Positions 11,193-20,749 of a stretch of DNA of 64,000 nt are shown one piece after another. A model generated the notes under the pieces. It was not told the origin of the DNA, did not search any database, and saw only the letters and a list, made by a program, of their open reading frames with translations. Source of the DNA: Patescibacteria group bacterium (GTDB taxonomy: Bacteria > Patescibacteriota > Minisyncoccia > Phycocordibacterales > UBA918). A program made the position numbers and the translations under genes. The stretch is from positions 6,853-70,852 of the forward strand of contig JAZKFU010000008.1 of NCBI GenBank assembly GCA_040386275.1. The letters run 5' to 3'. Each line of letters opens with the position of its first letter. Position 1 is the stretch's first letter.

Positions 11193-11612
11193 TTAAGAGC
11201 CGGCAGGGAGGCTTTGGCAGGCGATGCCGTCACCATCTCGATCCAAGCCATGACGGTCACGATTCTCGGCTGAGGTACAGGTATCGTAGACTTCCTGGGC
11301 TTCTGGTTGCGTTGTAAAGTTACTACAATTGTAGACATTTTCTTCACAAGTGGCTCCATATAAGGCTTTGCCATTCTCGTCACGTTTAATCATTGATTCT
11401 GAGAGGGAACCAGTTTCCACCAGTCTGCCCAAATCAACATCAGTGTTACTCGCCTCAAGTCCTAAAGCGACCAGTAATACTACGCCGATACCAATCATGA
11501 ACAACCGAGTCTTTTCAAAGAAAAATCCGATTGCTACCACGAGTAGTAGTAAACCAATAATTATAATGAGTCGAGATTTTTTGTTTTGACGCCAATCTGC
11601 CACATCTTTCAT
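11193..11612 (-). CDS. Membrane protein with Excalibur calcium-binding domain
   Basis: NCSNF.TQ.EAQ...[10 protein letters not shown]. Confidence 0.88.
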   Translation of the reverse strand: MKDVADWRQNKKSRLIIIIGLLLLVVAIGFFFEKTRLFMIGIGVVLLVALGLEASNTDVDLGRLVETGSLSESMIKRDENGKALYGATCEENVYNCSNFTTQPEAQEVYDTCTSAENRDRHGLDRDGDGIACQSLPAGS

Positions 11613-11685
11613 ATATTCACATTAATAAATAATGATCTAAGTGTATGCCATTTTAATCCAATGTAAATATACAAGGGTATAGTAA

Positions 11686-12039
11686 TTATTCTTGTTGGTG
11701 GAGACGATCAGCCGCTTCAACGGTCGACACGTCTTGACCCATAAGCAGTAATTTTAGAATACCGTAGGCGAGTAAGTAGTAAATGAACATTGCTAATAAA
11801 GTTGTCCATTCAAACGCGGTACCAGCAGGGTAACTTGTTCTAAAGACTGAAACAAAGGGACTCACAAAGATACTGGTAATGGAATAAATAATATCAGTAA
11901 ACGTAGCGAGTGGATTTGCGCCGAGTAATTTTAGTATAAAGCGCAATCCTAATAACACCTCGATAATACCTAAAATGTACCAGACAATTTGTGTGCCGTG
12001 ATAAATGGGTTTTGTACTAGAAGCGTTGTATGTAGACAT
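11686..12039 (-). CDS. YggT family membrane protein
   Basis: LGLRFILKLLGANP...F...IY.IT..FV.PF. Confidence 0.8.
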   Translation of the reverse strand: MSTYNASSTKPIYHGTQIVWYILGIIEVLLGLRFILKLLGANPLATFTDIIYSITSIFVSPFVSVFRTSYPAGTAFEWTTLLAMFIYYLLAYGILKLLLMGQDVSTVEAADRLHQQE

Positions 12040-12179
12040 AGGTCGAAAAATTAAATATATAACATCCTTCTACCTACGCCGTATGAGGATGAAAATCATT
12101 GCAATCATGCCCCAAACAGCGTACAGTTTATATGTTACCATAAATTGTCAACTTTTTGTTGCGAAGGTATGTATTACGT

Positions 12180-12713
12180 ATGAACCTATCAAAAGAAACT
12201 ATACAACTGCAGAATGTATTATCGAGCGCGCATACTGAATTTGAACAGGGGTTACTTAAACACGCTCGTTTTAAAGTAAGTGATAGCGGTACCTGTGATG
12301 ATTTGGTACAAGATACTTTTTTGAAGACGTGGGTGTATATGGTGAAGGCGGGGAAAATTAATCTCATGAAGCCATTTTTGTACCATGTATTAAATTGTCT
12401 TATCATTGATGAGTACCGCAAGAAAAAAAGTGTATCCCTCGATGTACTGATTGAAAATGGTTTTGAATTAGAAGAGGATGTACTCGAGCGCGCAATTAAT
12501 CAACTTGATGGTCAGGCGGCGGTATCCTTAATTGAAACGCTTCCGGTGGCGTATCAAAAAATTATTAGTTTGCGATACATTGATGATTTTTCATTGTCAG
12601 AAATTGCTGTTGAAACGGGGCTGACTAAAAATTTAGTAGCCGTAAAATCACACCGTGGTCTGGAAAAATTACGAACACTCTACGAAGAAAGGATGGTGGC
12701 AAAAATAGGGTAG
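12180..12713 (+). CDS. ECF-type RNA polymerase sigma-70 factor
   Basis: DDLVQDTFLK.W region 2, FLY....N..IDEYRK, region 4 SLSEIA..HRGL; start uncertain (12156/12180). Confidence 0.9.
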   Translation: MNLSKETIQLQNVLSSAHTEFEQGLLKHARFKVSDSGTCDDLVQDTFLKTWVYMVKAGKINLMKPFLYHVLNCLIIDEYRKKKSVSLDVLIENGFELEEDVLERAINQLDGQAAVSLIETLPVAYQKIISLRYIDDFSLSEIAVETGLTKNLVAVKSHRGLEKLRTLYEERMVAKIG

Positions 12714-12756
12714 TATGAGATGTGTGGTGTAATGTTGTCATTTGTTGATGACAAAG

Positions 12757-12784
12757 TGTAATAATAGACTGACTGAAGCGTCTT
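12757..12784 (+). promoter_or_regulatory. Putative ECF sigma promoter
   Basis: TGTAAT-N16-CGTCTT upstream of the 12868 gene. Confidence 0.45.
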
Positions 12785-12867
12785 ATAAAGGAAGGGAACG
12801 TATACGCTGTATGTGTACGCTAACCAAAGTTCAAAAGTGTTTCTATTAGCGATAATTTTATATTCTT

Positions 12868-13128
12868 ATGTTTACTAATACTCAATCAATGACTGGTATT
12901 GTTACTCTCGCAGTGACTGCCGCAGTTGTGTTTGCCGGCTTTACCGCTATGGCAAATGCCGCTACGTACGCCTACGTAGACGTAAATGGTGATGTTAAGT
13001 CAGTGGTGGCTGTCGATTGGAAAACAGCTATTGCAACTGCACCAAGCATTCACATGCACAGTGGCGTTTTGCTTTTAACTTCCGCAGCTGATTACGAAGT
13101 GGTGGGAGATTCTGTTTCAGGGTACTAA
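12868..13128 (+). CDS. Small secreted hypothetical protein
   Basis: Signal peptide (ANA), terminator 13145-13179. Confidence 0.75.
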   Translation: MFTNTQSMTGIVTLAVTAAVVFAGFTAMANAATYAYVDVNGDVKSVVAVDWKTAIATAPSIHMHSGVLLLTSAADYEVVGDSVSGY

Positions 13129-13201
13129 TACTTCTCAGACATGATCTAAAAGCTGAGCGCCTTGCGTTCAGCTTTTAGATTGTTCGCTCAAAATTATCCG
13201 T

Positions 13202-14323
13202 ATGTCACTTTTTACTTTTAACTCAAAATTTATGAATCAGGCTCTTTCTAAAAGCACTGCTTTTACCATTGCGCTGTGTCTCTTCGCTTCATTTGCATCA
13301 TTTGCAGTGCCGGCTGAAGCTGCTACCGCAAAACCTACCTGTACGCTAGCGTTTAGTTATGACGGCAAGACAGGTCAAACCAAATATGATGAAGAAATTT
13401 CTATCCTCAAAAATACTCCCATCACACTTGTCTGGAGTAGTAAAAATGCTACCAAGGCTATCGATGGAGATCGAAACACCGTGGCTACATCTGGAACTGC
13501 TACCGTCACACCAGCCGTTAAATCAGAGTATGCCTATACCTTTAGTCAGGGTAGTAAAAAGGTAACCTGTAGTGTGGAAGTGAGTATTATTTCTGGCACC
13601 ATTACTACCAAAACCGTAGCTAAAAATGGTGAAAAAATTAACCTAACCGGGAAAGTAACCGGTGTTAAAAAAGTAGCGGTAGTAGTGTATGCCGAAGGCA
13701 CCACCACCCCTGCCTATACCACCAAAGCCCTGTCGGTAAAAAACAAAAAATATAGTTTCAAAATGCCGAAGGCCTTGCCTGATGGAAATTACCGAATTGT
13801 GCTACAAACAACTGGTACAGCACCCGTAGTGCTCGCTTCTAGTACCTTGGCTGTTGGGAAAGTACAACCGCTTGCGCAATCACACTTGGTGGTAAAAACT
13901 ATTCCGTTACTCGTTGGTGGTACCGCCAAAGTGGGGAGTAGTGTAGCGGTGTCATACATCCAAGTTATTAACGTTGGTACCAAGCCCGCCAACCTGACTG
14001 GATTTACCTTTGCCCAAAATGGTACCGCTCCGGTGACTGCAATTGCCGGTATGACGATTAAAGATGAATCAGGGTTAATTCAAGGGTCAGTGGGGACTAT
14101 GGTAACCGGTACACCATTTGTGGGAACGAGTGCCGCTATTCCGGTAACTGCTACCTTGGCACCAAAAGAATCACGACTCTTTACGGCTCGGGCAGTGGTG
14201 AGTCCAACTGCCGTAGCAAACGTTGGACAAACTATGTCTTTGTCACTGCAAGCCATAACGGGTGATGCAAAAGTACAAAGTTCACTGCCACTTGCCGGTG
14301 TTACGTGGACGATTGTTCAGTAG
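13202..14323 (+). CDS. Secreted Thr/Val-rich beta-sandwich surface protein
   Basis: Signal peptide AEA, PTC.L / L.WSS.NA Ig-like motif. Confidence 0.75.
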   Translation: MSLFTFNSKFMNQALSKSTAFTIALCLFASFASFAVPAEAATAKPTCTLAFSYDGKTGQTKYDEEISILKNTPITLVWSSKNATKAIDGDRNTVATSGTATVTPAVKSEYAYTFSQGSKKVTCSVEVSIISGTITTKTVAKNGEKINLTGKVTGVKKVAVVVYAEGTTTPAYTTKALSVKNKKYSFKMPKALPDGNYRIVLQTTGTAPVVLASSTLAVGKVQPLAQSHLVVKTIPLLVGGTAKVGSSVAVSYIQVINVGTKPANLTGFTFAQNGTAPVTAIAGMTIKDESGLIQGSVGTMVTGTPFVGTSAAIPVTATLAPKESRLFTARAVVSPTAVANVGQTMSLSLQAITGDAKVQSSLPLAGVTWTIVQ

Positions 14324-14340
14324 TCACTTATATAAAATAA

Positions 14341-14372
14341 AAAGGGGGCCCGACAATGTCGGGCCCTTTTTT
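14341..14372. terminator. Bidirectional terminator
   Basis: aaaggg-gcccgaca-a-tgtcgggc-cctttt. Confidence 0.7.
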
Positions 14373-14844
14373 ATGGTCGAGTAAATTTGTGAACGGTTTC
14401 TTCCATCACATCTTCAACGTGGACTTCAGCCTCGCTTTCGAAATCAAATACTCCAGCCATGATGCACGCGATCTTCCAGTCTTCCATGACCATTCGGTTG
14501 CTACGGGATTTCTTCCGTATTTTTGAAACAGACTGGTAGACAATTTTTTCTAGTTCCGCCACTTTTGTGGCGATTAAATCATCCAAGATGCGAATGGCGT
14601 GCTCACCCTCATCGGTATCCCATTCGTATTCTTGTGCTAGGCCGTACACCGTATCGCGACTAAGCATCATGAGAATAGATTTCAATGTTTGCTTAGTAAA
14701 TTGGCGATGATACTGATGGTGAAGGTGGTCAGGCTTCGAAATGGCTGAAAAAATCTCAGCACACAAATTAAGTATGATCTTCCCGTGAGAGTCCCGACTA
14801 TAGATTTCAGGAATCCCTATCACTTCCCAGACGCTTTTGTCCAT
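14371..14844 (-). CDS. Orphan hypothetical protein
   Basis: 157-aa ORF with GAGGG SD. Confidence 0.6.
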   Translation of the reverse strand: MDKSVWEVIGIPEIYSRDSHGKIILNLCAEIFSAISKPDHLHHQYHRQFTKQTLKSILMMLSRDTVYGLAQEYEWDTDEGEHAIRILDDLIATKVAELEKIVYQSVSKIRKKSRSNRMVMEDWKIACIMAGVFDFESEAEVHVEDVMEETVHKFTRP

Positions 14845-14942
14845 CGACGTGCCCTCGTGTTTTTATGACTGTCCACTACCTAGAGTGCCAAAATTATAGG
14901 TTTTTGGCAAGGTCAAAGGTTTAATTCCATAAACTTGCTATT

Positions 14943-16214
14943 TTGCGTGACGCTGGCATAATTTTGATAATATTATACTCATTAATAGAGATTATAGTGA
15001 TAATTTTAAAACACGGAACAATTGAAGCGGTTGAACTGGATAACGAGGTTTTTAAAACTTTGTTGGGTTTTTATCCTGAGGAAAATTTGGTTGAGTATCG
15101 TCTTTTTAAGGGTCCTATGGAAAAAGGTTCGATGACAATAACCGAGCTAAAGGACGCCAGTGAAAAAATTCACCTTCCATGGCAAATGTTCTTGTTAGAT
15201 ATGGTTAATCTAGAAAGAGAATTAAAAAATATTGAAGATAATCGACTTGATAAGTTCCCTAAAGGTACTTTAGAGATTCATAAGAGAAAAGGCGCTGGTT
15301 GTATTACCTCAAAACGTATTATAGACAGACAAATCAGAATTCAGGCGTTTGTAACTTCTCAGCTTCCAGCCAATTTTATTTGTGATTTTGTTGGTTCTCT
15401 GAAAAATAAAACAGTTGACCATGCAGTCAAGCATATCATTGAATATTTCCAAATCAACCTTAATCATTTTCGTACTTATGATGAAGCAGAGAAGGCGAAG
15501 AATTATTTGATCTCTCGTATACAGTCAAAACAAAACATAAATGTTGCCCAAGGGGTGCGAACAAATGGTATTTTACCTGAAATTAAAAATACTTTAGAGA
15601 TTTATAGAAATACGAGTGGTTTTGTGGTGCAAGACAAGAAACTTCCATTCATCTTTTTGCCAAGTGAAATAAATCCTGACGAAAATCATTATCGACAAAT
15701 TTACACCCTTCTTTATTTATTGGTAGTAGTTGGTATGAATGAGTTTTCTCACGCAATTGAAAATTACTCAATTAAGAAAATTAGAGAGGACAAAAAATTT
15801 AAAAAAATTAACATGATTGTTTCTGAGCTGTTTTTGCCGTCTTTAGTTACTAATACCCTAGATCAAAAAACGATAGATAAAGAAGCGATCAATAAATTGA
15901 AGATGGACTATAAGTTATCGTACTCTGCTGTGCTTTATGTCCTAAGAATGAGAAAAGTTATTGATGCTGATTTGGCTAAGGAGCTCGATTTGCCCAAGAG
16001 GCAACCTAGTAAGGTTAAAGAAGCTGTTGAATCAGCAAAGACATATTTCTCTCATCCTCACATTACTACTTCAGTTAAAAAATTCTGCGGGGACGTAGCA
16101 ACAGTAAGTATAAATACTGCTATTAGAGATGGACTATACCCTAATCGAAGTCAAATGATTGTGTTTGGTCGACCTAGAAAAGATAAATGGATTGAGCTCC
16201 GTTCAAGAATATGA
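14943..16214 (+). CDS. ImmA/IrrE (COG2856)-like protein lacking the HExxH motif
   Basis: SGF.V.D...PFIF, RQIYTLLYLL (vs RQ.FTL.HEL.H), N...SELFLP, YKLSYSAVLY.L; start uncertain. Confidence 0.6.
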   Translation: MRDAGIILIILYSLIEIIVIILKHGTIEAVELDNEVFKTLLGFYPEENLVEYRLFKGPMEKGSMTITELKDASEKIHLPWQMFLLDMVNLERELKNIEDNRLDKFPKGTLEIHKRKGAGCITSKRIIDRQIRIQAFVTSQLPANFICDFVGSLKNKTVDHAVKHIIEYFQINLNHFRTYDEAEKAKNYLISRIQSKQNINVAQGVRTNGILPEIKNTLEIYRNTSGFVVQDKKLPFIFLPSEINPDENHYRQIYTLLYLLVVVGMNEFSHAIENYSIKKIREDKKFKKINMIVSELFLPSLVTNTLDQKTIDKEAINKLKMDYKLSYSAVLYVLRMRKVIDADLAKELDLPKRQPSKVKEAVESAKTYFSHPHITTSVKKFCGDVATVSINTAIRDGLYPNRSQMIVFGRPRKDKWIELRSRI

Positions 16215-16675
16215 AAATAATCGATATGAACATTATTAGTAAGTATTGTGCTGGGGAAATTCAGGTTGATTTTACTGATCCGGTGTACGTTACTTCAGAA
16301 CTTAAGGATGAAATTGAAATACACAAAGCGTCTTTTCCAGGTCATCGTACAAAACTTCAAGGGATAAAGTTTGTAGATATTGAAATGTATCAATATCCTG
16401 GCGGAGAACATTTTGATGAAGCAAAATATTTATTCCATTACAAAAAACTTATTAATAAATATACCAAGATCACTTCATTCTACGGCCTAAAAGGTGTGGG
16501 CGATATGTCTATCTTGGCAGCTGTTGCAACACTTTTGGGTCGAAATAATCCATCTTTATTCGATGCACAAGAATCAATTGAAGTTATGACTCATGATATG
16601 GATTTAAAAGTAGCATTAACTGAAGAATTTGGAGATTTAATAGTTGTCATTGATCCGCTCACATTACAACAATAA
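16211..16675 (+). CDS. PIN-domain-like putative nuclease toxin
   Basis: IIDMNII / V..E..DE / GD.SILA / VMTHD.DL acidic pattern; ATGA overlap with the upstream gene. Confidence 0.6.
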   Translation: MKIIDMNIISKYCAGEIQVDFTDPVYVTSELKDEIEIHKASFPGHRTKLQGIKFVDIEMYQYPGGEHFDEAKYLFHYKKLINKYTKITSFYGLKGVGDMSILAAVATLLGRNNPSLFDAQESIEVMTHDMDLKVALTEEFGDLIVVIDPLTLQQ

Positions 16676-16781
16676 AACCAACAACAGCCCTCGGGTTTTT
16701 ACCCTCAAGCATCACAATAATCTCGTCTAGAAAAATAGGAATAAAATAGACCCGTATAGGTACTTCAGGTATACTCCAAAT

Positions 16782-18044
16782 ATGCCCGAAAAACGTTATG
16801 TGTTTAGAGTTAAGGAAAACAAACTCTATATAGTCTATATTGCTGAAGATGTAACTTGGGTGTTTGGTAATCTGGAACTTTCGGGCTCTGCTAGTCTGCG
16901 AGGAAAAGTTTTTACCGTTACAGGGGGTGAGATACTGAGTGGGGTTGAGCACTTATCACAAGAAGCAGAATTTCCAATAGGAAAAAAGGAAGGTGAGTAT
17001 TATAAAATTAGTCCTCAGATATTAAGTACTCAAAAACCTATTTTTATACATGAAAGTGTAATTGACGATTTTGAGCCCGAAGATTTTTTCGTAAGGCAGC
17101 CTTATTTTGAAAGAACTGCTGGTGACGGTTCTTCAATAGGAGTTCAAAATGAAAAATTTATTCCGATTTTCCCAGTACTAGAAAAAATGTTTGACGAAGT
17201 GTTGCGTATAGGAGGAGAGGAAGAAAATAGCATACCGTTAGAGGTGTTTAAAAAAGCCATTAGTGTTTTACCTGATAGAAAAGAAGTTAAAAGATATCTT
17301 GATGCAAGAATTGCACATATTATTGGTGAGTACATAACACCAAAAAGAGATTTTGACACTCATCACGAAAAGTTAATTGCACACCGTGAAGCACAACTAA
17401 CAAGGAGAAATTTAACTCCAACTCTGTTCCAAGAAACTAAAGAATTAAAAAAGGAAATTTTTCAGATTGCGTATGATGAACTTAAAAGGATGCTTAATGG
17501 CAATCTAGTAACTATACCTGAAAGTGAATGGCAAGATAAAATTTTGGACATCATATTACTTCTGTACCCCAAATACGTTCACAAAGAAAAGTCTGTGGAA
17601 GTCATTAAAGATCAAGGGTATGGTTTGGTCGATATTATGTTATTTGATGCTGCAGGATTTGTTGATTTGATTGAAGTTAAGAAACCTGAGGTAAATGGGG
17701 TGGGCGTGCTTAGAAAAGCTTTGTACCGTAAAAACTACGTACCGAGCAGAGAACTATCTGGTGCAATAATGCAGGTTGAGAAATATTCATTTTGGTTGTC
17801 TAGGTGGGGTAAAAAAGGAGAGGAAAAGATTCAGCAAAAATATGCGAACGAACTACCAGATGGTATGAAAGTTAAAATAGCGAATCCAACGGGAATAATT
17901 ATCTTCGGGCGAGATGAAGATTTCAACGAAGAAGAAAGACAGGATTTTGAGGTGATAAAAAGAAAATACAAGCATGTGGTCGATATATTGACCTATGATG
18001 ACTTACTAAGGAGGATTGCAAACATAATCAACATACTAGAATAA
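16782..18044 (+). CDS. sduA: Shedu (DUF4263) anti-phage nuclease
   Basis: E..WQ, D.ML.D..G.VDLIEVKKP, SRELSGAIMQVEKY, II.GR, ILTYDDLL. Confidence 0.85.
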   Translation: MPEKRYVFRVKENKLYIVYIAEDVTWVFGNLELSGSASLRGKVFTVTGGEILSGVEHLSQEAEFPIGKKEGEYYKISPQILSTQKPIFIHESVIDDFEPEDFFVRQPYFERTAGDGSSIGVQNEKFIPIFPVLEKMFDEVLRIGGEEENSIPLEVFKKAISVLPDRKEVKRYLDARIAHIIGEYITPKRDFDTHHEKLIAHREAQLTRRNLTPTLFQETKELKKEIFQIAYDELKRMLNGNLVTIPESEWQDKILDIILLLYPKYVHKEKSVEVIKDQGYGLVDIMLFDAAGFVDLIEVKKPEVNGVGVLRKALYRKNYVPSRELSGAIMQVEKYSFWLSRWGKKGEEKIQQKYANELPDGMKVKIANPTGIIIFGRDEDFNEEERQDFEVIKRKYKHVVDILTYDDLLRRIANIINILE

Positions 18045-18268
18045 TAAGACAACCTAATTGGGGAGGTTGAGTATTTCACAAGACATACTTAGTTTAGCAG
18101 GGTATTTTTTTTACCCCTCTCTAAACGGCGCTTTTTGCAGGAATCGAACCTTTGTCAATAAAAGTATATACTTAAATAAGGGTCACTGAATCATGGACTT
18201 CAGAAAGTATCTACCTATCTATTTCTAAACGCTCTTTTAACAAAATGTAAAGTTCATTCTAATTAAGT

Positions 18269-18736
18269 ATGACCACCTCATCTAAAAAAAGTAGTAACCG
18301 AAGTGCGGGATTTACCCTGATGGAGCTGTTGGTTGTGATTGGTATTATTGCTATTTTAGCCTCCATTGTAGTGGTGGCGATAAATCCCTCGAGGCAATTT
18401 GCGCAATCACGTAATACGCAACGTGAGTCAAACGTGGCGACAATTCTCAATGCTATTGGGCAAAATATTGCAGACAATAAAGGTACATTTATTTGTACTT
18501 CTGACTCGGTGACGAACACTGAAACTAATATTGGAACAGCAGCGGGGAACATAGACCTTAGTTGCTTGGTGCCTACCTATATTCCGAGCGCCTTACCATT
18601 TGACCCTGATGGTGGCACTCCCGCAGATACGCAGTACACGGTACAAACAGACACGCTGGGTCGCTACACCGTGTGTTCACCTAATCACGCGGAGGCACCG
18701 ATAGCCGGCAGTAGTGAGTATTGTCTGACGCGGTAA
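18269..18736 (+). CDS. Type IV pilin / pseudopilin
   Basis: G|FTLMELLVVIGIIAIL prepilin motif, LP.DP. Confidence 0.93.
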   Translation: MTTSSKKSSNRSAGFTLMELLVVIGIIAILASIVVVAINPSRQFAQSRNTQRESNVATILNAIGQNIADNKGTFICTSDSVTNTETNIGTAAGNIDLSCLVPTYIPSALPFDPDGGTPADTQYTVQTDTLGRYTVCSPNHAEAPIAGSSEYCLTR

Positions 18737-18759
18737 ATAAATATCAGCTTAAAAAATCT

Positions 18760-18885
18760 TCAATCGTTTTTAAATTTTTTGCGTGACTGGTTTATTTTAT
18801 TAATTGAATCTAATAGAGAATCTATTGGTACAGCAGCACCTGTTTCTTTTTTAAAATCAATTATAGTTTCCCAAGTTTTTTTCAT
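18760..18885 (-). CDS. Possible 41-aa small protein
   Basis: MKKTWETIIDFKKETGAAVPIDSLL...; TAAAAT 9 nt before ATG. Confidence 0.3.
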   Translation of the reverse strand: MKKTWETIIDFKKETGAAVPIDSLLDSINKINQSRKKFKND

Positions 18886-18937
18886 GTATCTAAAATTTTA
18901 CATCAAATAAACTATGTCAAAAATTACAATTCTAAGT

Positions 18938-19744
18938 TTACTGACACTGCGCTAAGTCGCCAGTTTCGTAACCGGTGGTGAACGCACCAACGCGTTGTTC
19001 AGAAGAACCGTGGGTCCACGATTCAGGGTGGACTTGGCCTTCGGTTTTGGTTTGGATGCTGTCGTCACCGACGGCGGAAGCTGCGTTTAAGGCTTCGGTA
19101 ATTTCATTTGTTTCAAAAATACCTTGGTCTTTAAGAGAGCTGGCCCAGAGTCCGGCGTAACAGTCGGCTTGGAGTTCGGTACGAACGGAATCTTCATTAC
19201 TGCCTTGGGCGCCATCAAGGGTGCCGGTGAGGTTTTGCACGTGGTGCGCTACTTCGTGTGCGATAACATACGCTTCAGCAACGTCCCCACCTTGGGCTCC
19301 TAGACGCGTGGTGAGCTCTTCAAAAAATGTTTCATCGAGATAGATGGTTGAATCAAGCGGGCAGTAGTGAGGTCCAACCGCGCTACTAGCGCCACTACAA
19401 CCAGAATTAGTGTATCCACGAAAAAGTACCAGGGTAGGGGGAACATACGGCGTGTCACTATTTTTCAGAGTCTCAGTCCAGTAATCATTGGTAGAGCCTA
19501 AGACGGCACTGACGAATTGTTCATAGGAGTCATTACCTTCAAATTCAGTCGAGTCAACCTGTGGAGCAGTTATTTGATTCACATCAACCTGTTGCAACAC
19601 ATCAAGCGGATTACCTCCCATAAGGTAGGTAACACCCATCATCAGTAAAATACCGGTGACACCAAGTCCACCCATGCCAGCGCCTGATAGACCACGTCTA
19701 TCCTGCACGTCGCCTCTACTCGTGAGTTTGTCCCAGTCGGCCAT
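18938..19744 (-). CDS. Neutral zinc metallopeptidase (YpfJ family)
   Basis: GP.YCP.D..IY.D, YVIAHEVAHHVQ, ELQADC.AG, THGS. Confidence 0.93.
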   Translation of the reverse strand: MADWDKLTSRGDVQDRRGLSGAGMGGLGVTGILLMMGVTYLMGGNPLDVLQQVDVNQITAPQVDSTEFEGNDSYEQFVSAVLGSTNDYWTETLKNSDTPYVPPTLVLFRGYTNSGCSGASSAVGPHYCPLDSTIYLDETFFEELTTRLGAQGGDVAEAYVIAHEVAHHVQNLTGTLDGAQGSNEDSVRTELQADCYAGLWASSLKDQGIFETNEITEALNAASAVGDDSIQTKTEGQVHPESWTHGSSEQRVGAFTTGYETGDLAQCQ

Positions 19745-19768
19745 ACTCTTATTATACAGCATTGAGGC

Positions 19769-20674
19769 CTAATCGCGTACCGTGACGGTGGTGCCGAGTT
19801 CTGCCCATTCAAAAATGGTACGGGCATCTGTGGGATTGAGATTTACACAGCCGTGAGAATATTTAGTTCCAAATTTATCGTGCCAGTACGCACCGTGAAT
19901 GACGGCACCACCATCGGTAAAGTATAAATTCCAAGGTACCCCCGGCAAGTCGTAGTAGTCGTCTGAATTAATATTTGGTAATGGTCCTTGCATATAGCGG
20001 CTGGGGGTCTTGCGGTAGACGGTAAAAATTCCGCGCGGAGTGGGTGTGCTATCCAGACCGGTTGAGGTGGTGGCTGACATAAATAACACTTCTCCGTCAT
20101 ATGCATACAGTCGTTGTTCGGAGCGATCAACTAAAATAGATTTAGTGGTAGGTGGGGTAGTAGAAGAAATTTCTTGGGTATCATAAGCGTCTACAATCGT
20201 GACATAGGTGCCAGCAATATACCAATCTCCCTTATGTCGTTCGGGGTAGCGTAACCACTCATCAAAAATTATTTTATGCCACGCAACACCATCGGTCACT
20301 ATAGTTTTATCAATTTTAAGCACCATACCATTACGTAGGGACGCTACTACGGGAAAGTCTGTGCCGGGGCCACTGCGAACACGTAGACATTCACCACCAA
20401 AATGAGCGCCACAGCTATCGGTGACTTCAAGATACTGTGCTTTGTTGTCGAGCGTTGATACGGGTGATACAGGAGCAGCAGGGACAGCTGCTACGACTGC
20501 CGCTTGTGATGACGAAGCGCTAGGGGTGACTAGTTTCGGTCGAATGGCTCTCTTTTCAACGGCTGATTTTTGAATATCGGTAGATATTTGTTTTGATATA
20601 GCAAAAAAGAGGCTTGCACTAACAAAAACAAACACCAGAAAATAAATTTGCATGGTGTTTGGTTTGTACCACAT
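19769..20674 (-). CDS. L,D-transpeptidase with SH3-like domain
   Basis: L.VRSGPG SH3b; IHGAYWH...SHGCVNL. Confidence 0.92.
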   Translation of the reverse strand: MWYKPNTMQIYFLVFVFVSASLFFAISKQISTDIQKSAVEKRAIRPKLVTPSASSSQAAVVAAVPAAPVSPVSTLDNKAQYLEVTDSCGAHFGGECLRVRSGPGTDFPVVASLRNGMVLKIDKTIVTDGVAWHKIIFDEWLRYPERHKGDWYIAGTYVTIVDAYDTQEISSTTPPTTKSILVDRSEQRLYAYDGEVLFMSATTSTGLDSTPTPRGIFTVYRKTPSRYMQGPLPNINSDDYYDLPGVPWNLYFTDGGAVIHGAYWHDKFGTKYSHGCVNLNPTDARTIFEWAELGTTVTVRD

Positions 20675-20749
20675 ATACGATTTAGTATATGCCCAGAAGT
20701 GGAGGGGAGCAAATACCAGTTACGTATAGAGGATAATAAAATTTTTTGA

